A DNA stretch of 64,000 nucleotides from Lingula anatina. Lineage: Eukaryota; Animalia; Brachiopoda. The notes under the pieces were generated by a model. The model had not been told where the DNA came from, ran no database searches, and saw only the letters and a list, made by a program, of their open reading frames with translations. Shown here piece by piece: positions 12,701-27,700 of the stretch (positions are counted from its first letter, which is position 1; each line of letters begins with the position of its first letter). The position numbers were made by a program, and so were the translations under genes. The stretch spans positions 12,276,001 to 12,340,000 of the forward strand of contig CM120649.1 of NCBI GenBank assembly GCA_051362555.1. Reading direction: 5' to 3'.

Positions 12701-15700
12701 TCTTCAAGCCCGTGGAGGTTCTAAGTCACACCTTGAAAATGCCAATATGTGAAAAATTAAATTTTCACAAAAAACTGATTAACTGCCAAAAAAATTTACC
12801 AAATAGTCTGCATTGCCCACTGAAGCTTTATTTAAGTCCCATGTTTCTTCCTGTAAGTTTGAGAACAGTAAGTGACATGGTTTTCCTTAAATGGTCATCA
12901 TGGGAGCAGTGTCCAAAATAGGGGTGTCTTCAAATTTTGATGCACTATTACATAATGTTTAACAGGATAATTACCATCAATTTTTAATAATAAAATATTA
13001 GTATCATGGATATTCAGAAAATGTTCCTAGCAAAGGTCTTCAGGCCAAAGGAACTTCAAAGTCACACCTTGAAAATGCCAAAATGTAGACAAGACAGCAC
13101 TGTCTTGAAATGTTTTTTTTTTTTTCCATTTTTAACAATTTTTTTAACATATAACAAAATTAACAATTTACTGCCATTTATATATGATCAACTAAGAAAA
13201 TTGATGAGATGGGAAAAATATCAATAGAACAGTGTTTAATGTCCAATTTCCTCCATTCTGAGTTTCTGAACATAGTGAATGAATGAATCTGACAAACTGC
13301 AATGATATGAGTTTATTTCCATTTTTGAAACTCTATTATACAATACATGATAACAACTTTACCATCATTTTTACATAATCAACTAACAATGTTGTAAAGA
13401 TGCAGGAAATGTCAAACAAACACTTTTACGAATCTTATTAGTTAAATGATGAGACTGTTAACATGCCTAAGAACTGAATCTGAGGAAATGTTTAAAAACA
13501 GCATAACTTATAAAATAATGGCCCGATTATGCTGATTTTCAAACTTGACCTGCATTTTAGTAAGATTAATTACTCCTGTGAGTTTCATGACAACAGGTCT
13601 ATCGGTTTTCCTTAAAATGTGTTAACAGTGTTGCACATATGCTGAAAAGTGAAAAAAACAGCATAACTACTAAAATAGTGGCCCGATCATGCCGATTTTC
13701 GAACTTGATCTGCGTTTTAGTAAGATTAATTACTCCTGTGAGTTTCATGACAACAGGCCTATCGGTTTTCCTTGAAATGTGTTAACAGTGTTGCATATAT
13801 GCTAAAAAGTGAAAACACAGCATAAATACTACAATAATTGCCCAAACATGCTGATTTTCGAACTTGACCTGCGTTTTATGAATATTCATCAGCTCTGTAA
13901 ATATAAAGCCAAAAAGTAAAACTGTCTTCCACTTATCGTGTTAACGATGAAAGTGCACGGCGACGGCGACGGCGACAGGGACGGCGACAACAGACGCAGG
14001 TGATGGCAATATGTACAGACACATCTGTGTCTGTACATAAAAACACTATATACAACTTTCCACTCAAATCTTCCAAGACACCTTAAAATACATGTGCATG
14101 TACTCATCCACACCATTTAACTAGCAACGAATACCTTTATACGGAATTCCACATTCATCTATTAATTCCAGGATAGTCCTAATATTATAAATGCACAATT
14201 TTTAAAAATGTGTCTTCTAGAACATAAATCCTTCTTAACTATCAATATATACTGCATTAACCACTTCACATAGTACAAATTTGCATGGACACATACACAA
14301 ACACACAAACTACATAAAACTTACAACAAACATACAAAACTTTATACAAAACTTCCCAGCTCACCTCGTCCAGGACAGTTCTCATTTCCTCCAGTATTGA
14401 CTCGGCCAATTTTTCATCTGCCAGTACTTTCTTCGCCTCGGCCAGAAGCCCCTGCATTTCCTGGTGGACCTGGGCGGTGGACCTCAGACCCATGATCACA
14501 GGGCTCTCCAGTGTTTCCAGGGGCATCGACACTTTGGCAAACACCCTGGAGCAGAAACGAAATCAGTCTGTGAATTATAAGGAATCATCCTCATGTGAAG
14601 GTATCGGTCACACAGGATTTCTTTGAAATGTGCTGAAAAAAAACAGCGTAACTTTTGCAATAATGGTCCGTTCAAGCTGATTTTTGAACTCGGCCTGTAT
14701 TTTACAAATATTCGTAAGTCCTGACAGTCATGTAAGTTTGAAGACAATGTGTCAAACAGTTGTACACTTATTGTGTTATCCCTGAAGAAATTCATGGCAA
14801 TGATGACAACGACCTGCACTCCTGATGTGTCTATACATAAAAAAGCTTCATAAAAAATTGAAACTTAAATGAGCTTCTCAGATCTGATAGTCTGCATACC
14901 CTCAAAGCTGCATTTCCAATCTAGGTGTGATATCTTAAATTAAGAAGAAATGTTCTATTAGGATTTCTAATTTCAAGATTTCAAAAACAAGCATATCCCT
15001 CTGCTGCTACACTCTCCAAACTGAGGTTAGCCCCATACTGTTAGACTGCCTTTCCACAGGAAGAAATCATAATCACATGTTCCACTGAGATAGCACCTCT
15101 TAGTCAATCCTCCACAACTTGACTGGAAATTTGCCATGAGACACTTGATAAATGAAAAGTTAAATGAGACAATTGACCCCACCACCACCTCAAAAACAAT
15201 CTTCAGAACTTATTTCTTAACTTGCTCTAAATATTTAGAAGTACAATAGCAGAGACAATTCTGCATATTATTACAATATGAGAGTGAGTGAAGCTGAGTC
15301 TCCGCTGGAACAGAACTTATATCACTGAAGACCATGCTGTATATCTTAAAATAACCTGAAACACTTGACCTAGATTGAGGGCTTCTGACAACCAGGGCAG
15401 ATAAACTTGACTGAATTCAAACACGTGAATTTTTCAGCCATATGGAAATTCTTGGCTCTAAAACTCTACAGACTGTTCACTCAGGTTCGGAGTTAAATCT
15501 AGATCAAAGCTGAAAATAATTACCAGATGCCAAATCTTCTACTGCTTATAGCGACGCCGTCAAAGTAAGGACCATCCAAGGAGACAACTTCTCTGTGAAA
15601 AGCAACTATTGTGCCTGAAACACTTACATCTATGACACATTGATTGCTTAACTGGGAACACATTTTGAACCTAATCGGTTCAGATTTCAGACCAGTCTGG

Positions 15701-18700
15701 CTGCAGTCACGTCTCTATCACAACTCTATCACGTTCAGCAACAGACGCACTTTAGTAAGCACATTCCACTTGTTACATTTTTTTAATGATACAAACTCAA
15801 AGACTCGAACCTAGTTTTTAGACAAGTTGTGAATACTTAATTTCCACATGTGCGTTAAGTTTTTACAGGTACCCAATTCTGCACTAGAGTTTTTTTCTTT
15901 CAATCACTAAGTGGCAACTGAGGCATTTTCTGTGATGCGCATATGTTAGCACATACTATGATATCAGATGTAAAGCATGTAGTGCATCCTGCATAAAAGC
16001 ACGTAGCACATTAGTGTGAGCACCGCGTGTGGGTTGATTTTTCTCAATATCCACCGTATAGTAGAAGTCAGGTATACAGTGCCCTTCATCTACAAGGTGT
16101 ATCTATTGCATTTACAAACACATACTACTGGAAATGTCTGTTTGGGACAAATTATATCAATGCCAAAAAGCAAGGAAAAGAAGCATTTAAAAATACCAAA
16201 AAAAAATATTATTTTCATCTAAGTGCATAACTGTAAGCTTTGACAGTGTACTTTGAAATCCATGATTCAAGTGCTAGAACAATGTAGAAATAGGAATTAT
16301 TTACATAAATGCAAAGACCAGTCAACCGTGTAGCTAACTGAAACTCTGTTCTAAACCATATGAAAGGTATACTATCAGCCTTTAAAATGTCCTAAAGTAT
16401 CTCTAGATATCCTGCAAAACTTCTTTACTCTTCTAATTCAAGCAATGAAAATGTTACAACCTCTCACGAATAATGGAATCTTATTATATCTGGATTTATC
16501 CTCCTGAATCGTACAGAGACATAGCAGACTGAATGAGTAGCAAGTCATTCAAAAATAAATTTCAGGATTACAAACATCATTCAAGTACAGGGCCATTTTT
16601 TTTTTCTTTTTTTTTTCTTTTTTTTTTTTTTTTTTTTGGGGGGGGGAGAATCTCATATATATTAGTTACCTTTAAAATTCACTGTGTTTGAAGGATCCAG
16701 CCAACAAAGGCTAAATAAAACTTGGTTTAGAGCCCATCTCACAAGACTCTTAAATTTCTGAGCTAAACAAACCAGAATGTGTAAATATATTGAAAGTCAG
16801 TTTTGTGATATTGTATTAGAGTTTTTAATAATGAGTGATCAACAATTGATGTAGTTGACATACTTAAATGGCTACTTTCACCTACTATATATATATATAT
16901 CTTTTTTAATATGTTAAAGGTTCTTGATTTGTAAAAGGAAATTTCAATAAATAAGTCTAAGCAGCCTAGAATTTTGGTCTAAAAAGACTGTATTACCCTC
17001 TGCTTTTGATTCCCTTTGTCTGCTCATCTGATAGCAGCATATTATACAATAAAAAAAACTGTGAACAAATGATGAAATGTCCTGGTTAGGTAATTAATGG
17101 GATAACTTATAATTTATTCAATTTTGGTGGTGATCCATTCATTTATCAATAAATCAATGAGAAACTAGAGGATCAGAGAGGCGATACCGCCTCCGAATAT
17201 TGTACCACCAGCTGGAGCAAGCGCATTCGTATAAACCCCCACATACACAAAGTAAGGGACACAGCCATTAGTCTTGTGCTTGACAAGCTGTAAAAATGCA
17301 ATCAACAAGAATTTTCAAAATTCGCAAAAAATATATATGACTAAAAATGGTACAATCAAAGTTAAGTTCATCGTAAGGTAGGTCAAAGGTCAATTTCAAG
17401 GTCACAGTAAATTGCCAGTATATGACTTCTTATTCAACTTCAATAGTAACTATGGACCTATCTCTGTCGGTTTTGGAGATGAAAGGGAAGAAAAATTTGC
17501 AAAGTTCAGTTCATGGTGAAAAGTAGGTCAAAGGTCAATTTCAAGGTCACATTTAGATTGCCAGTATATGACTTCATATTCAAGTTCAATAGAAACTATG
17601 GACCTATCTCTGCCAGTTTTGGAGATAAAAGGGAAGCAAAATTTGCAAAGTTCAGTTCATGGTGAAAAGTAGGTCAAAGGTCAATTTCGAGGTCACATTT
17701 AGATTGCCAATATATGACTTCCTATTCAAGTTCAATAGTAACTATGGACCTATCTCTGCCAGTTTTGGAGATAAAAGGGAAGCAAAATTTGCAAAGTTCA
17801 GTTCATGGTGAAAAGTAGGTCAAAGGTCAATTTCAAGGTCACAGTAAAATTGCCAGTATATGACTTCCTATTCAAGTTCAATAGTAACTATGGACCTATC
17901 TCTGCCAGTTTTGGAGAAATAAGGGACTAAATGTTAAAATTTTGGAGTTACCATAATGTGCCATAAATTTCCTACAGAAGAAATTAATTAAAATAAAGAA
18001 AAGGTCATTTTGGTAAAAATTCTTGAAATGGGAGGTGCTCCGAAGTTCCAGATGTTCAAATTTGATGAAATAATGTCATTTTTGACCACAAGTTGTCTGC
18101 TTTGCCAAGCCTTATGTTTTATTTTTCCGGAGTTCAAAATTTATTATCCATTACCGTACTGCACATTTTGCTTTCACCACCAATATGTACTTTTTGATAC
18201 AGCGTAACTCGAAAACCATATGGAATACAAAAAAAACAAGACCACCTCCAGTGTTGGGCTTTACATGCTCTACAAAATGCAAAAAAGAATGGGTCTCTAG
18301 CATTAACGGTTCCCGAATTAGAGACAGTTTTCAGTTTCGGTATCTTATGGCCGCTACTCCCGTGAAAATGCAGTGATTGACCCCAAATTCACGGAGATGA
18401 AAGATGACCTGAAGGGTAACACTTTCCAATAATATTATTGGTTAAGTCTGTGTGGTGTCTGAATAACAGCGCAAATAATTTTTTTTTTCGTAAATTTTTC
18501 CCATAATTCCTTCCGTAGGGTAGATAATTAGCATTTAATTTTGCCATTTTTAGACAAGGGTGCATTGCAATGAGTGCCACACCTAGACCCCAAAACCAAC
18601 AAAGCCCAAATTTTACGTGGAACGAGTTGAGATTATAGGTGACCTATAATCAAGAGATGGGTACAGGGGCCCTTACCGTCTAGGAGGAGAAGCGGTAACG

Positions 18701-21700
18701 GTAGCCGTCCGGCCACACCTAGACCCCAAAACCAACAAAGCCCAAATTTTACGTGGAACGAGTTGAGATTATAGGTGACCTATAACCAAGAGATGGGTAC
18801 AGGGGCCCTTACCGTCTAGGAGGAGAAGCGGTAACGGTAGCCGTCCGGCGGAGCCGCAGGAGCCGGCGGAACGATCCGGACGGGACTAAAACCATGTGTG
18901 CCGCCAGCGCTAACGCTGGTGGTACAATGAGCCATTTTCACAGAGGTCTCATTTTTTTTCTGGTGTTTACTGATACTGTCAAGTTTGGGAGGAAGCAGTC
19001 AGTGAGAATCGCCTACGTATATGGCCACCCTCATTCTTACTGCTAATGCTATGTCCTTAAGTTAAGTTACATACTGTAAACATCCTTATAGGGTTCATTC
19101 ACATTGAAATTAATGGTCTATATGGATCGATCCAACTCCAGGGAGACACTGGCTGAATGTAATCAGTCAAACAGACCAGTATGCCTCCACATGGCACTGA
19201 GTAGAATACAGGAAAGCTAGAGAGGAGGCACCAGCTGGGCCATAGATCTACCGGTGTTACAAAATTTTTTTGTTTGTATATCATTATATTAGTGTTTCCC
19301 TGACAATTTCAGACTAAAAGGTGATAAGGCCATTTTGGATTGTAGGATTGGGAAAGGGGACGCCCCCCCCCCCCCCCCCCCCCCTCCCAATTGGATGGTT
19401 TTGGACTGCCATCTTCAAATAAAATATTGAAAATGTGAAACTCAAAGGTACATTTCAGTTACAATATTTCTATTTTAAATAACATCCATTGGTTTGTGAA
19501 AACCAACAAGTAATAGAAATTCAGTTCCACACATGATTAATTAAGATTTATGGTCAGTGCTGCCCTCTTTTGGGGTGATTTATTGGTAGAAAAATTAAAT
19601 GAAGAAAAAGCATTTCAATTCAACATCAGCAATATTTGCTATTAATCATTTATGCAAGTTTGGGAATAATAACTTAACCAGTTTTTCCCTTTCTTGAGTT
19701 TATAATCAACAAGAATAAAATAGCTTTTTTTATGCATATTATACTTACTTAATTGCATCAGCTATAATCAAAGGATCTGTCTTCACATATTTGATAATCG
19801 GCACTAGATCCTGAAATAAGGAAAAAAAAAAGACTGACCGACATAACATTTGGTTTCTTACCAATTTTTTTCACATAATTAATTTTTTCTGAAGGTGGTA
19901 ATTAAGAGCTTAATCTAAGACCGTTTTCAGAAACTTAAGTAATAATTTTCCAGTCTTGTTTTTCTTCATATAACTAATATCACAGTCCTTAATTAGTTTG
20001 CTTTTCCTGCCAAAATAAAAGGAGTCATTTCCACATTTTTAATATCCTTGTGATTAATGGTAGTTAAAGGCACTCAAAGATGGAGATATCTTGTAGCGAA
20101 TTATCACACCAACTACAAAATGTAGAAATTTGTAACTTAGTGACAGGTTCATAGATGATCATTTTTGCAACAGTTTTAGATTCAATAATGATTAACATAC
20201 ATAATGTTGTTTAAGGAAAATGTGAATTTTTTCAGACAACTTTTTTCCTATATAATTTATAAGGTATAATGCTCACTAGGTGCTCATACCTTTTGTATAA
20301 TCTGGCCAATTGCCAGTTGCCTACGAACATGCAGGGTACAGACATCATCTTCGTCTAGCTTTGTACTCAGTTCCTCCAAAGCCTCTGAAATTATATATTA
20401 AGGAATGTTTGAATTAGAAAGTCAAAAATTGCTCATGGCCACAGAGATTCACAGCTAGGCCCATTAAAGCAAAAAAAAAAAAAAAAAAAAGACATAAAAA
20501 CCGAAAATATTCACAAGCATCCATCCATAGAGTTTTGCTCAATCATGTCCAGCAATCGATAAGAGCAAAAAATTATGATTCATCTCTTATTTTTCCCTGA
20601 TGAAAGCCATTTGGGGGAAGCCTTTTTTCCAGGTTCCCCTGATTTCCAGGTAGGCTGAGAACCCTGACAAGGAATAATGTACATAATGAAAAAATAGTTT
20701 GTCACGTAATTTTTTCAAAAACTGTTCAATTTTTCCTGAAGTTTGAGATGTCAGTGTGGCAGGGATGCTCATCTATCAATAAACTATAAGGGTTTCTGAT
20801 ATTTACACCTGAAAGTAAAGTAAAGTTCAGTTCTTGTATACGGCATTCCACGTGTTTCAATGTGGTTTTTCAATCATTCAATAAACGCCTGGTCATTTTT
20901 GGCCTTGACACAGACTGGCGATACAGACCTACATTTGACCCTGATACAGACTGGGTGTTGACACTCTCAGCCTCCCTGGGGAGACTACGGCCTAGCTATC
21001 ACACGAAGCTCTCTGAAAGCTGACAAACTGATGATGGTCTCTCCGCCTCCACACGCACCATCCTTGCAGGGTCTAGCAATTAAACCTCAAAGCAGTGATT
21101 TCATCTATTTAATGGCGCGTGTGGAGGTGGGGAGACCATCAGCGTATTAGTTGGCTCTTCTTTCGTGTAGGGTCCGCCATATTTGATCCATGGATCAGAA
21201 GATCCCCAGACCCCCCTAGCATGGTGAGGGCCTATGGCACTCACTTCCTAGGACCCACGCCACAATCCCTCTCCCCCACCTTATAATTTTGAATTGTGGA
21301 GAACCCTGAGGAAGTACGCTTACTGAGATTCTACCACTACTGATCGCTGCCGGTGTCAGTGTGAACGCAGTTTGGACGCGTTTGGTTGACCACGGTTTAA
21401 TCAGAGTAAACTTGACTGCTGTTAACGTTCTAGTGTGAATGGCCTATACGTCACCAGTTTGTCAACTAAACTTTTTATAAGCCATTTTCATTTGGGTCTT
21501 AAAACATAATAAAATATCTAAATTGAATTAAAAAAATGTTTTGTGCCAATGGCAGCATTGTACTAGTAGTGCACTATCGGTGGCAAGTTGACATAATTTT
21601 TTTGAAACACAACAAAACAGCCATGACAGAGACTTCGGGCTGCATGCGTTGATGAGCTACTTTTATTTACGGTAAAAAACGAGTTCTAGAGTAGTGCTTG

Positions 21701-24700
21701 CGACAGGTCATTAATAAAAATTAACTTGTCCTATGAAACGATTATTATCATTTCCAAAACTTTCAACAGAATTTCCAACTGGCACAATGACTGCCTAATA
21801 ATAGTGCCATGTGGATAATGTTGGGAAATTATTAATCGTGCTGGGGAAAATAAGATTGTGCCGGGTGGAAAATTTCCAGGAAAAAAATAATCGTGCTGGC
21901 ACTATTCTTCTGCATTTCAGAGTACCAGTGCAGTTCTATTTTTAGAAGGCTAAATTACAATTTGTATCTCACTGAGTAATACAATTATCTCATTAACGAA
22001 ATGTTATCAAATTTTTTGGTGAAACTAGAAGCCTCCCCTGGTGCTTAATTTTCAGTTTCTTAAAATATCAACTCTTTCAAAGAATCTATAAAGTAAAATA
22101 TGCAGAACTTTAATTGACTTCCAGTAATCTCATAATAATGAAAGCTACTGTCATGCCTATAATTCCTGCTACAACTAATTGATCATTTTTGTAAGCCAAC
22201 GTAATTACATAGTTGCTTATCTGCCGGTACTGTTCCTTTCTCTAGGCCGACGCATGTCCTGTCTCCTGCCTTGCAAACGGGGTTTTCTTCACTTTGCAAA
22301 GTTTTGTTTGAAAGATTTAATATTTATTCTACTTGTGAGTTTTTTGTCCTGCTATCCACAATTTTCCCACATAACGGCCAACGTTAATTTGAAAATGACG
22401 TAATGCAGTATCGGTCACAAACCACGGAGCGTGCCGTCTGAGGTAATGAGTAAAAATAAAATAAACTACTTCAGACGTTGTGAAGATTATCTGTTTATTC
22501 GCTTCTTTAACGTCTTTTATCGTGACATTATATGCTGATCTCATTTGAAAGTTTTTCGCGTATTATTCAGTCAACTTATTCTGTCAAGCCATACGGGCCT
22601 GTCACTGCACGTGCGCCATCTTGAATTTTATTTGTAGAGGGAGGCAGGTCGACAGCCATGTGAAAAAGGACTCTGTGAAAGTGATGCCTTTTTGAAATAC
22701 GATATCATTAAAAAATACATTCATACAAATTTAAACTTTGCTTGTCGCAGGCTGATACCCCACAAAGCGCTCAAGCTGCTGTGCACTGAGTTATTTATAA
22801 GTGGGATCTATTTATGTCCTGGAGTGGTTCAACGTAGAAATATAATTTTGTAAAATTGCAGTAATAACATTCTAATTCATTGCTTCTTTATACAAGCAAG
22901 ATGCTCTTTTCAAATGAATAATGAAATGAATGAATAATGTAACTAGAAGATCACAGGCGATATCGCCTCCTGATACAGTACCACCAGCTGGAGCAAGCGC
23001 ATTCATATGGACCCCCCCCCCCCCAAAAAAAAAAAAAGAGACACCACCACCAGTCTTATGCTTGACAAGCTCTATAAATTGCAATCAACAAAAATTCTCA
23101 AAATATGCAAAAAAAATATTTTTATATAACCAAAAATGGAACAATCAAAATTCAGTTCATCATAAAAAAGTAGGTCAAAAGTCAATTTTAAGGTCACAGT
23201 AAATTGCCAGTATGACTTCCTATTCAAGTTCAATAGTAACTATGGACCTATCTCTGCCAGTTTTGGAGATAAAAGGAAACCAAATTTTACAAAGTTCAGT
23301 TCATGGTGAAAATTAGGTCAAAGGTCAATTTTAAGGTCACACTTAGATTGCCAATATATGACTTCCTATTCAAGTTCAATAGTAACTATGGACCTATCTC
23401 TGCTAGTTTTGGAGATAAAAGGAAACAAAAATTTGCAAAGTTCAATTCATGGTGAAAAGTAGGTCAAAGGTCAATTTTAAGGTCACAGTAAATTGCCTCT
23501 GATGACTTTCTATTCAAATTCAATAGCAACTATGGGCATATCTCTGCCAGTTTTGGAGATAAAAGGAAACCAAATTTTACAAAGTTCAATTCATAATGAA
23601 AAGTAGGTCAAAGGTCAATTTCAAGGTCACACTCAGATTGCCAGTATATGACTTCCTATTCAAGTTTAATAGTAACTACTGACCTATTTCTGCCAGTTTT
23701 GGAGATAAAAGGGAACAAAAATTTGCAAAGTTCAGTTCATGGTGAAAGGTAGGTCAAAGGTCAATTTCAAGGTCACATTTAGATTGCCAGTAAATGACTT
23801 CCTATTCAACTTAAATAATAACTATTGACCTATCTCTGCCAGTTTTGGACATATATGGGACTAAATGTTACAATTCTGAGTTACAATAATGTGCCACCAC
23901 AATGTACTTTTTAATACAGCATAACACGAAAACTGTATGAAATACAAAAAAAATGGAGACCACCTTAAATTAGGGCTTTACAAGCTCTACAAAATGCAAA
24001 AAAGAATGGGTCTCTAGCATTAACGGTTCCCGAATTAGAGACAGTTTTCAGTTTCGGTATCTTATGGTCGCTACTCCTGTGAAAATGCACTGATTGACCC
24101 CAAATTCATGGAGATGAAAGATGATCCAAAGGGTAACACTTTCCAATAATATTATTGGTTAAGTCTGAATAACAGCGCAAATAACTTATTTTTTGTAAAA
24201 AAAATGTCGTTTTTTGAAAATTTTGGCTGTTTGACCTTGAAATGAAGGTCAAAGGTCAAATCCAAGGGCATATTTGAAATCTACACATATGTCTTTTGGA
24301 AAGCCGTCTGTAGAAATTTTTCCCATAATTCCTTCAGAAGGGTAGATAATTGGCATTGAATTTTCAAAAATTTTGACATGGGTGCATTTCAACGAGCGTC
24401 ATGCCCAGGTCAATGCACCGACTGAGACAAAAAAAACTGGGGGTTAAAGTTGAGGTTATATGTGACCTAAATCCAAGAGATGGGGACAGGGGTCCTTGCG
24501 GTCTAGGAGGAGAAGCAGTAACGGTGACTTGTATCCGGCGCCAGTACGCGGAGCCGGCGGAGCTGGCGGATCCGGACGAGACAGGTCGGGACTAAAACCA
24601 TGAGTACCGCCAGCGTACACGCTGGTGGTACTAATTAAGTTGAGAGAAAGCAGCTCGTTATCTATAAATGGGTCTGTGTTAAATTTTTTTCAGGTCGATC

Positions 24701-27700
24701 CTTAGATTGTGCCTATTGGCTGGTAATGTAGTTCTGTCTTTTTAAATTGATCAACAACTAGTTTTTAAATTTTCTTTAATATAATACAAATAACAAGTTT
24801 TAAATTGAAAATCTAACATGCATGAAAAGCCAATTATAGTTCCAGTGTTATACTATTAAAATCCTATTACAGCATGCAAAATATATATTTCAAAAAGTTT
24901 GCGTCGATCATGTTTTGTTTGCTTAACCTTTATGTTTTAGACTTTGAACATATGAATGATTTTTTTGTAAATATTCTACACAATATAATTCACTTTCATT
25001 AGTTTTGAATTTAAATATATGGACAGTATTAATTAAATAAAAATGTTACTTATTAAAAAAAACTTTAATTTATTGAGAATAAAAATTTAAAATGCCCTTC
25101 TGTAAGCGTATTTTTGAGAGATGATTCTGTACAGTATTTACGAGTGTAAATAATATGCGTTTGACAGCATTTTCTTTCAAATGTGATTCTTTAGAAATGT
25201 GCGCATTAACTTTTCTTGTCTTACAGACAGACACAGAGAGGACTTAAGGTCCGAAACCAGAAGGCCACATGGAAAATTTGATATTATTTTGATATTAAAG
25301 ACTCCCGTCCCTCTTCTCTTGTTCGTGTCCTTCTTTTCTACATTTACTGCATTTTATCACTTGTTTTCCCCGAAGTAAGAATGAATCGTTTGAGCAAGCG
25401 GGCTTGGTAGAAAAAGAGGGGAGATAAGGACATCAATCTTATTTCCCATAAATGTTTTTAATATTAAGGATTCCCATCACTTTTTCTTGATAGTTTCCTC
25501 TTTCCTCTATTTCTTTTTGCTGCCCTTTATCTGTTGACTTCTCTTAAATAAAATGAATCAAATCTGAAGAAAACGAATAACGGAGAGCAGATTCTTTGGT
25601 GAAATTATTTATCTGTTAAAAACCTTATAAAACGTTAAAAACATTCTTTATGAATAACGACCCATGCAGTAGTGTAAAATATTCATTTTGTAGAAGGTTG
25701 CACAGGATTAAATTCTCGATGCAATAAATGATTATTTTCATTAGCCTACCAGCATCTAATTGAGAAAATTTTGATTCACCCTGACACTGCCAAGTACTTT
25801 AGTTTACTGGTGTCTCTTGAATATTTAGGCACTGTTGATGGCCCCAAAGATTGAAATTTGCCGAAACCGATGCTTTATCGCTATTGTTTAATGATTAACA
25901 ATCGCTGCCTGAGAACGCTCTTGGGATGTATACCAGTAGACCTAGACAAAGAGTGGAATAGTTTTTCATATAAAGGCCACTTACAACCCAGTCATTAGGT
26001 AACACTGGACACCGAAGCAAAGAGGAGCGACTACCAGTTGTAACTGCAATTGAATGAAATGTAAAAGGTGCAAAATCGGCCACCACTTAATGTGATCATT
26101 AACCAGCAAACAAAGCATTGTATTGTAATTTCCACCGCCGACAAGCTGGATATCAAAAAAAAGTATGACAGTCTTTATACTTCCACCCTCCATCCCTAGG
26201 ACGTACATGTACAAATGAAAACAACATTGATAATTATTCTTGTTATAATACATGAAGTAAATTGAAAAAAATTTAAACTTTGTTAATTTGGACTTACTTA
26301 TACATGGTGTTATTGTGTTCACGACAAAGGCTAATCAAATGCCATTTACAGGGGTCAAAACAGAATTTGGGCAGGACTGGCCAATACGGACCAGTGGACC
26401 TTAGAGGTACTGGTCCGTACCAAGAAGTACTGGTCTGTTAAATTTTACGTTAAAAATTAGTAGTTTCAAGCTACTAGATATAACGAAAATGCATACATGT
26501 TTAACATCCATTTTTATTTCTATATAATTATCTAAACACATTCATAATTCAGTCAGTTCCTTTAACTGTTTGTACACATCCTCCTCTGCTAGCTCATCAT
26601 CATCATAATATATAAAAATAAAATGGATATATAAAAAATTATTATGAAATAAATATAACTTCTACATATATCCATATTTTAATCTTAAAAATTTAATTTA
26701 ATTTTAATTGCTGGGGTTGAACGTGAAACGAAAAAAACTTCTCTCAAACTTTACTAGCCCGAACCAAAAAACACTAGCCCAATTTAAATAATTCATTTAA
26801 AAAGTTTAAGCAGATGTTGTAAAAGTTGTGGTACCATACTGTACTTTCTTATAAACCTTATTATAGAAGTAGAGCAAGTGAATAACAAAGTTAATCAGGT
26901 TAATTTCCAGTTGATGGGGTGGTAAAATTAATTAAAAATATACTTAATTTTTTTTTAATATTGAAAAAATTCTTTTTTTTTTTAATTTGTAATACTGAAT
27001 ATAGTTACCTTTACTTTTCATATTTTTATTATATCTTTTTTCCATTTTTTTATATGCAATCAAAATCTTTTTTTTTTTAATTCCTATTCTTTTTATTGAC
27101 AATGGCTCTTTTCTGACAATTTATTTCCAATTACATCGGTATATAATGCCACTTCTAATTTAAAATACATAGGTGCTGTAAGGGTAATTAAACAAACGTC
27201 TTACAATTTTTTTGGCAACAATTCTTTTGGTTATATATTTGTAAAAACAACTTTTCAAGGACTTTACCAGGACAAAGTGTGGAGGGGTAGCCATGGCATA
27301 AACCGAACTATCCCACATTGTCAAGAATAGTTCATAGGGTATTTATGTAACTGCCATGTATTTACTCATGGACATTAAAATTATAAATAAAAAATATAAA
27401 CAAAAAAGGAAATAGAATACTCCACCTCAGTCTGCTAAGTGGTGCTAACCTAAATGTTCTATGAGATAACGCATACATTACACTTGCTTCGGAGACAGTG
27501 TTGTTTTGACAAAACCTGTTGCTAGTGCCAAAGAATTCCGGTCTGATCCAGTTTCTTGATTGACAGCAATTTGTAGTCATGACAACAAACTGGTCAAATA
27601 AAAAGATGCCGACACGCTGATCAGACAGACTGCTACTATTAATAACTACAGTGAAGTTATTTATAGCAACTAATCAATATTCAGTAGTTTGAGCTAGGTG

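Noticed and set aside
15548-15615. Exon-like segment considered for tim exon 3
   Set aside because: Stop codon in the required phase; 19749-19810 fits phase and motif far better.
22440-25380. Scattered plus-strand splice-like sites (22442, 22751, 24694-24721, 25227-25374) as an antisense lncRNA
   Set aside because: Such sites arise often in AT-rich DNA and cannot be joined without transcript data.
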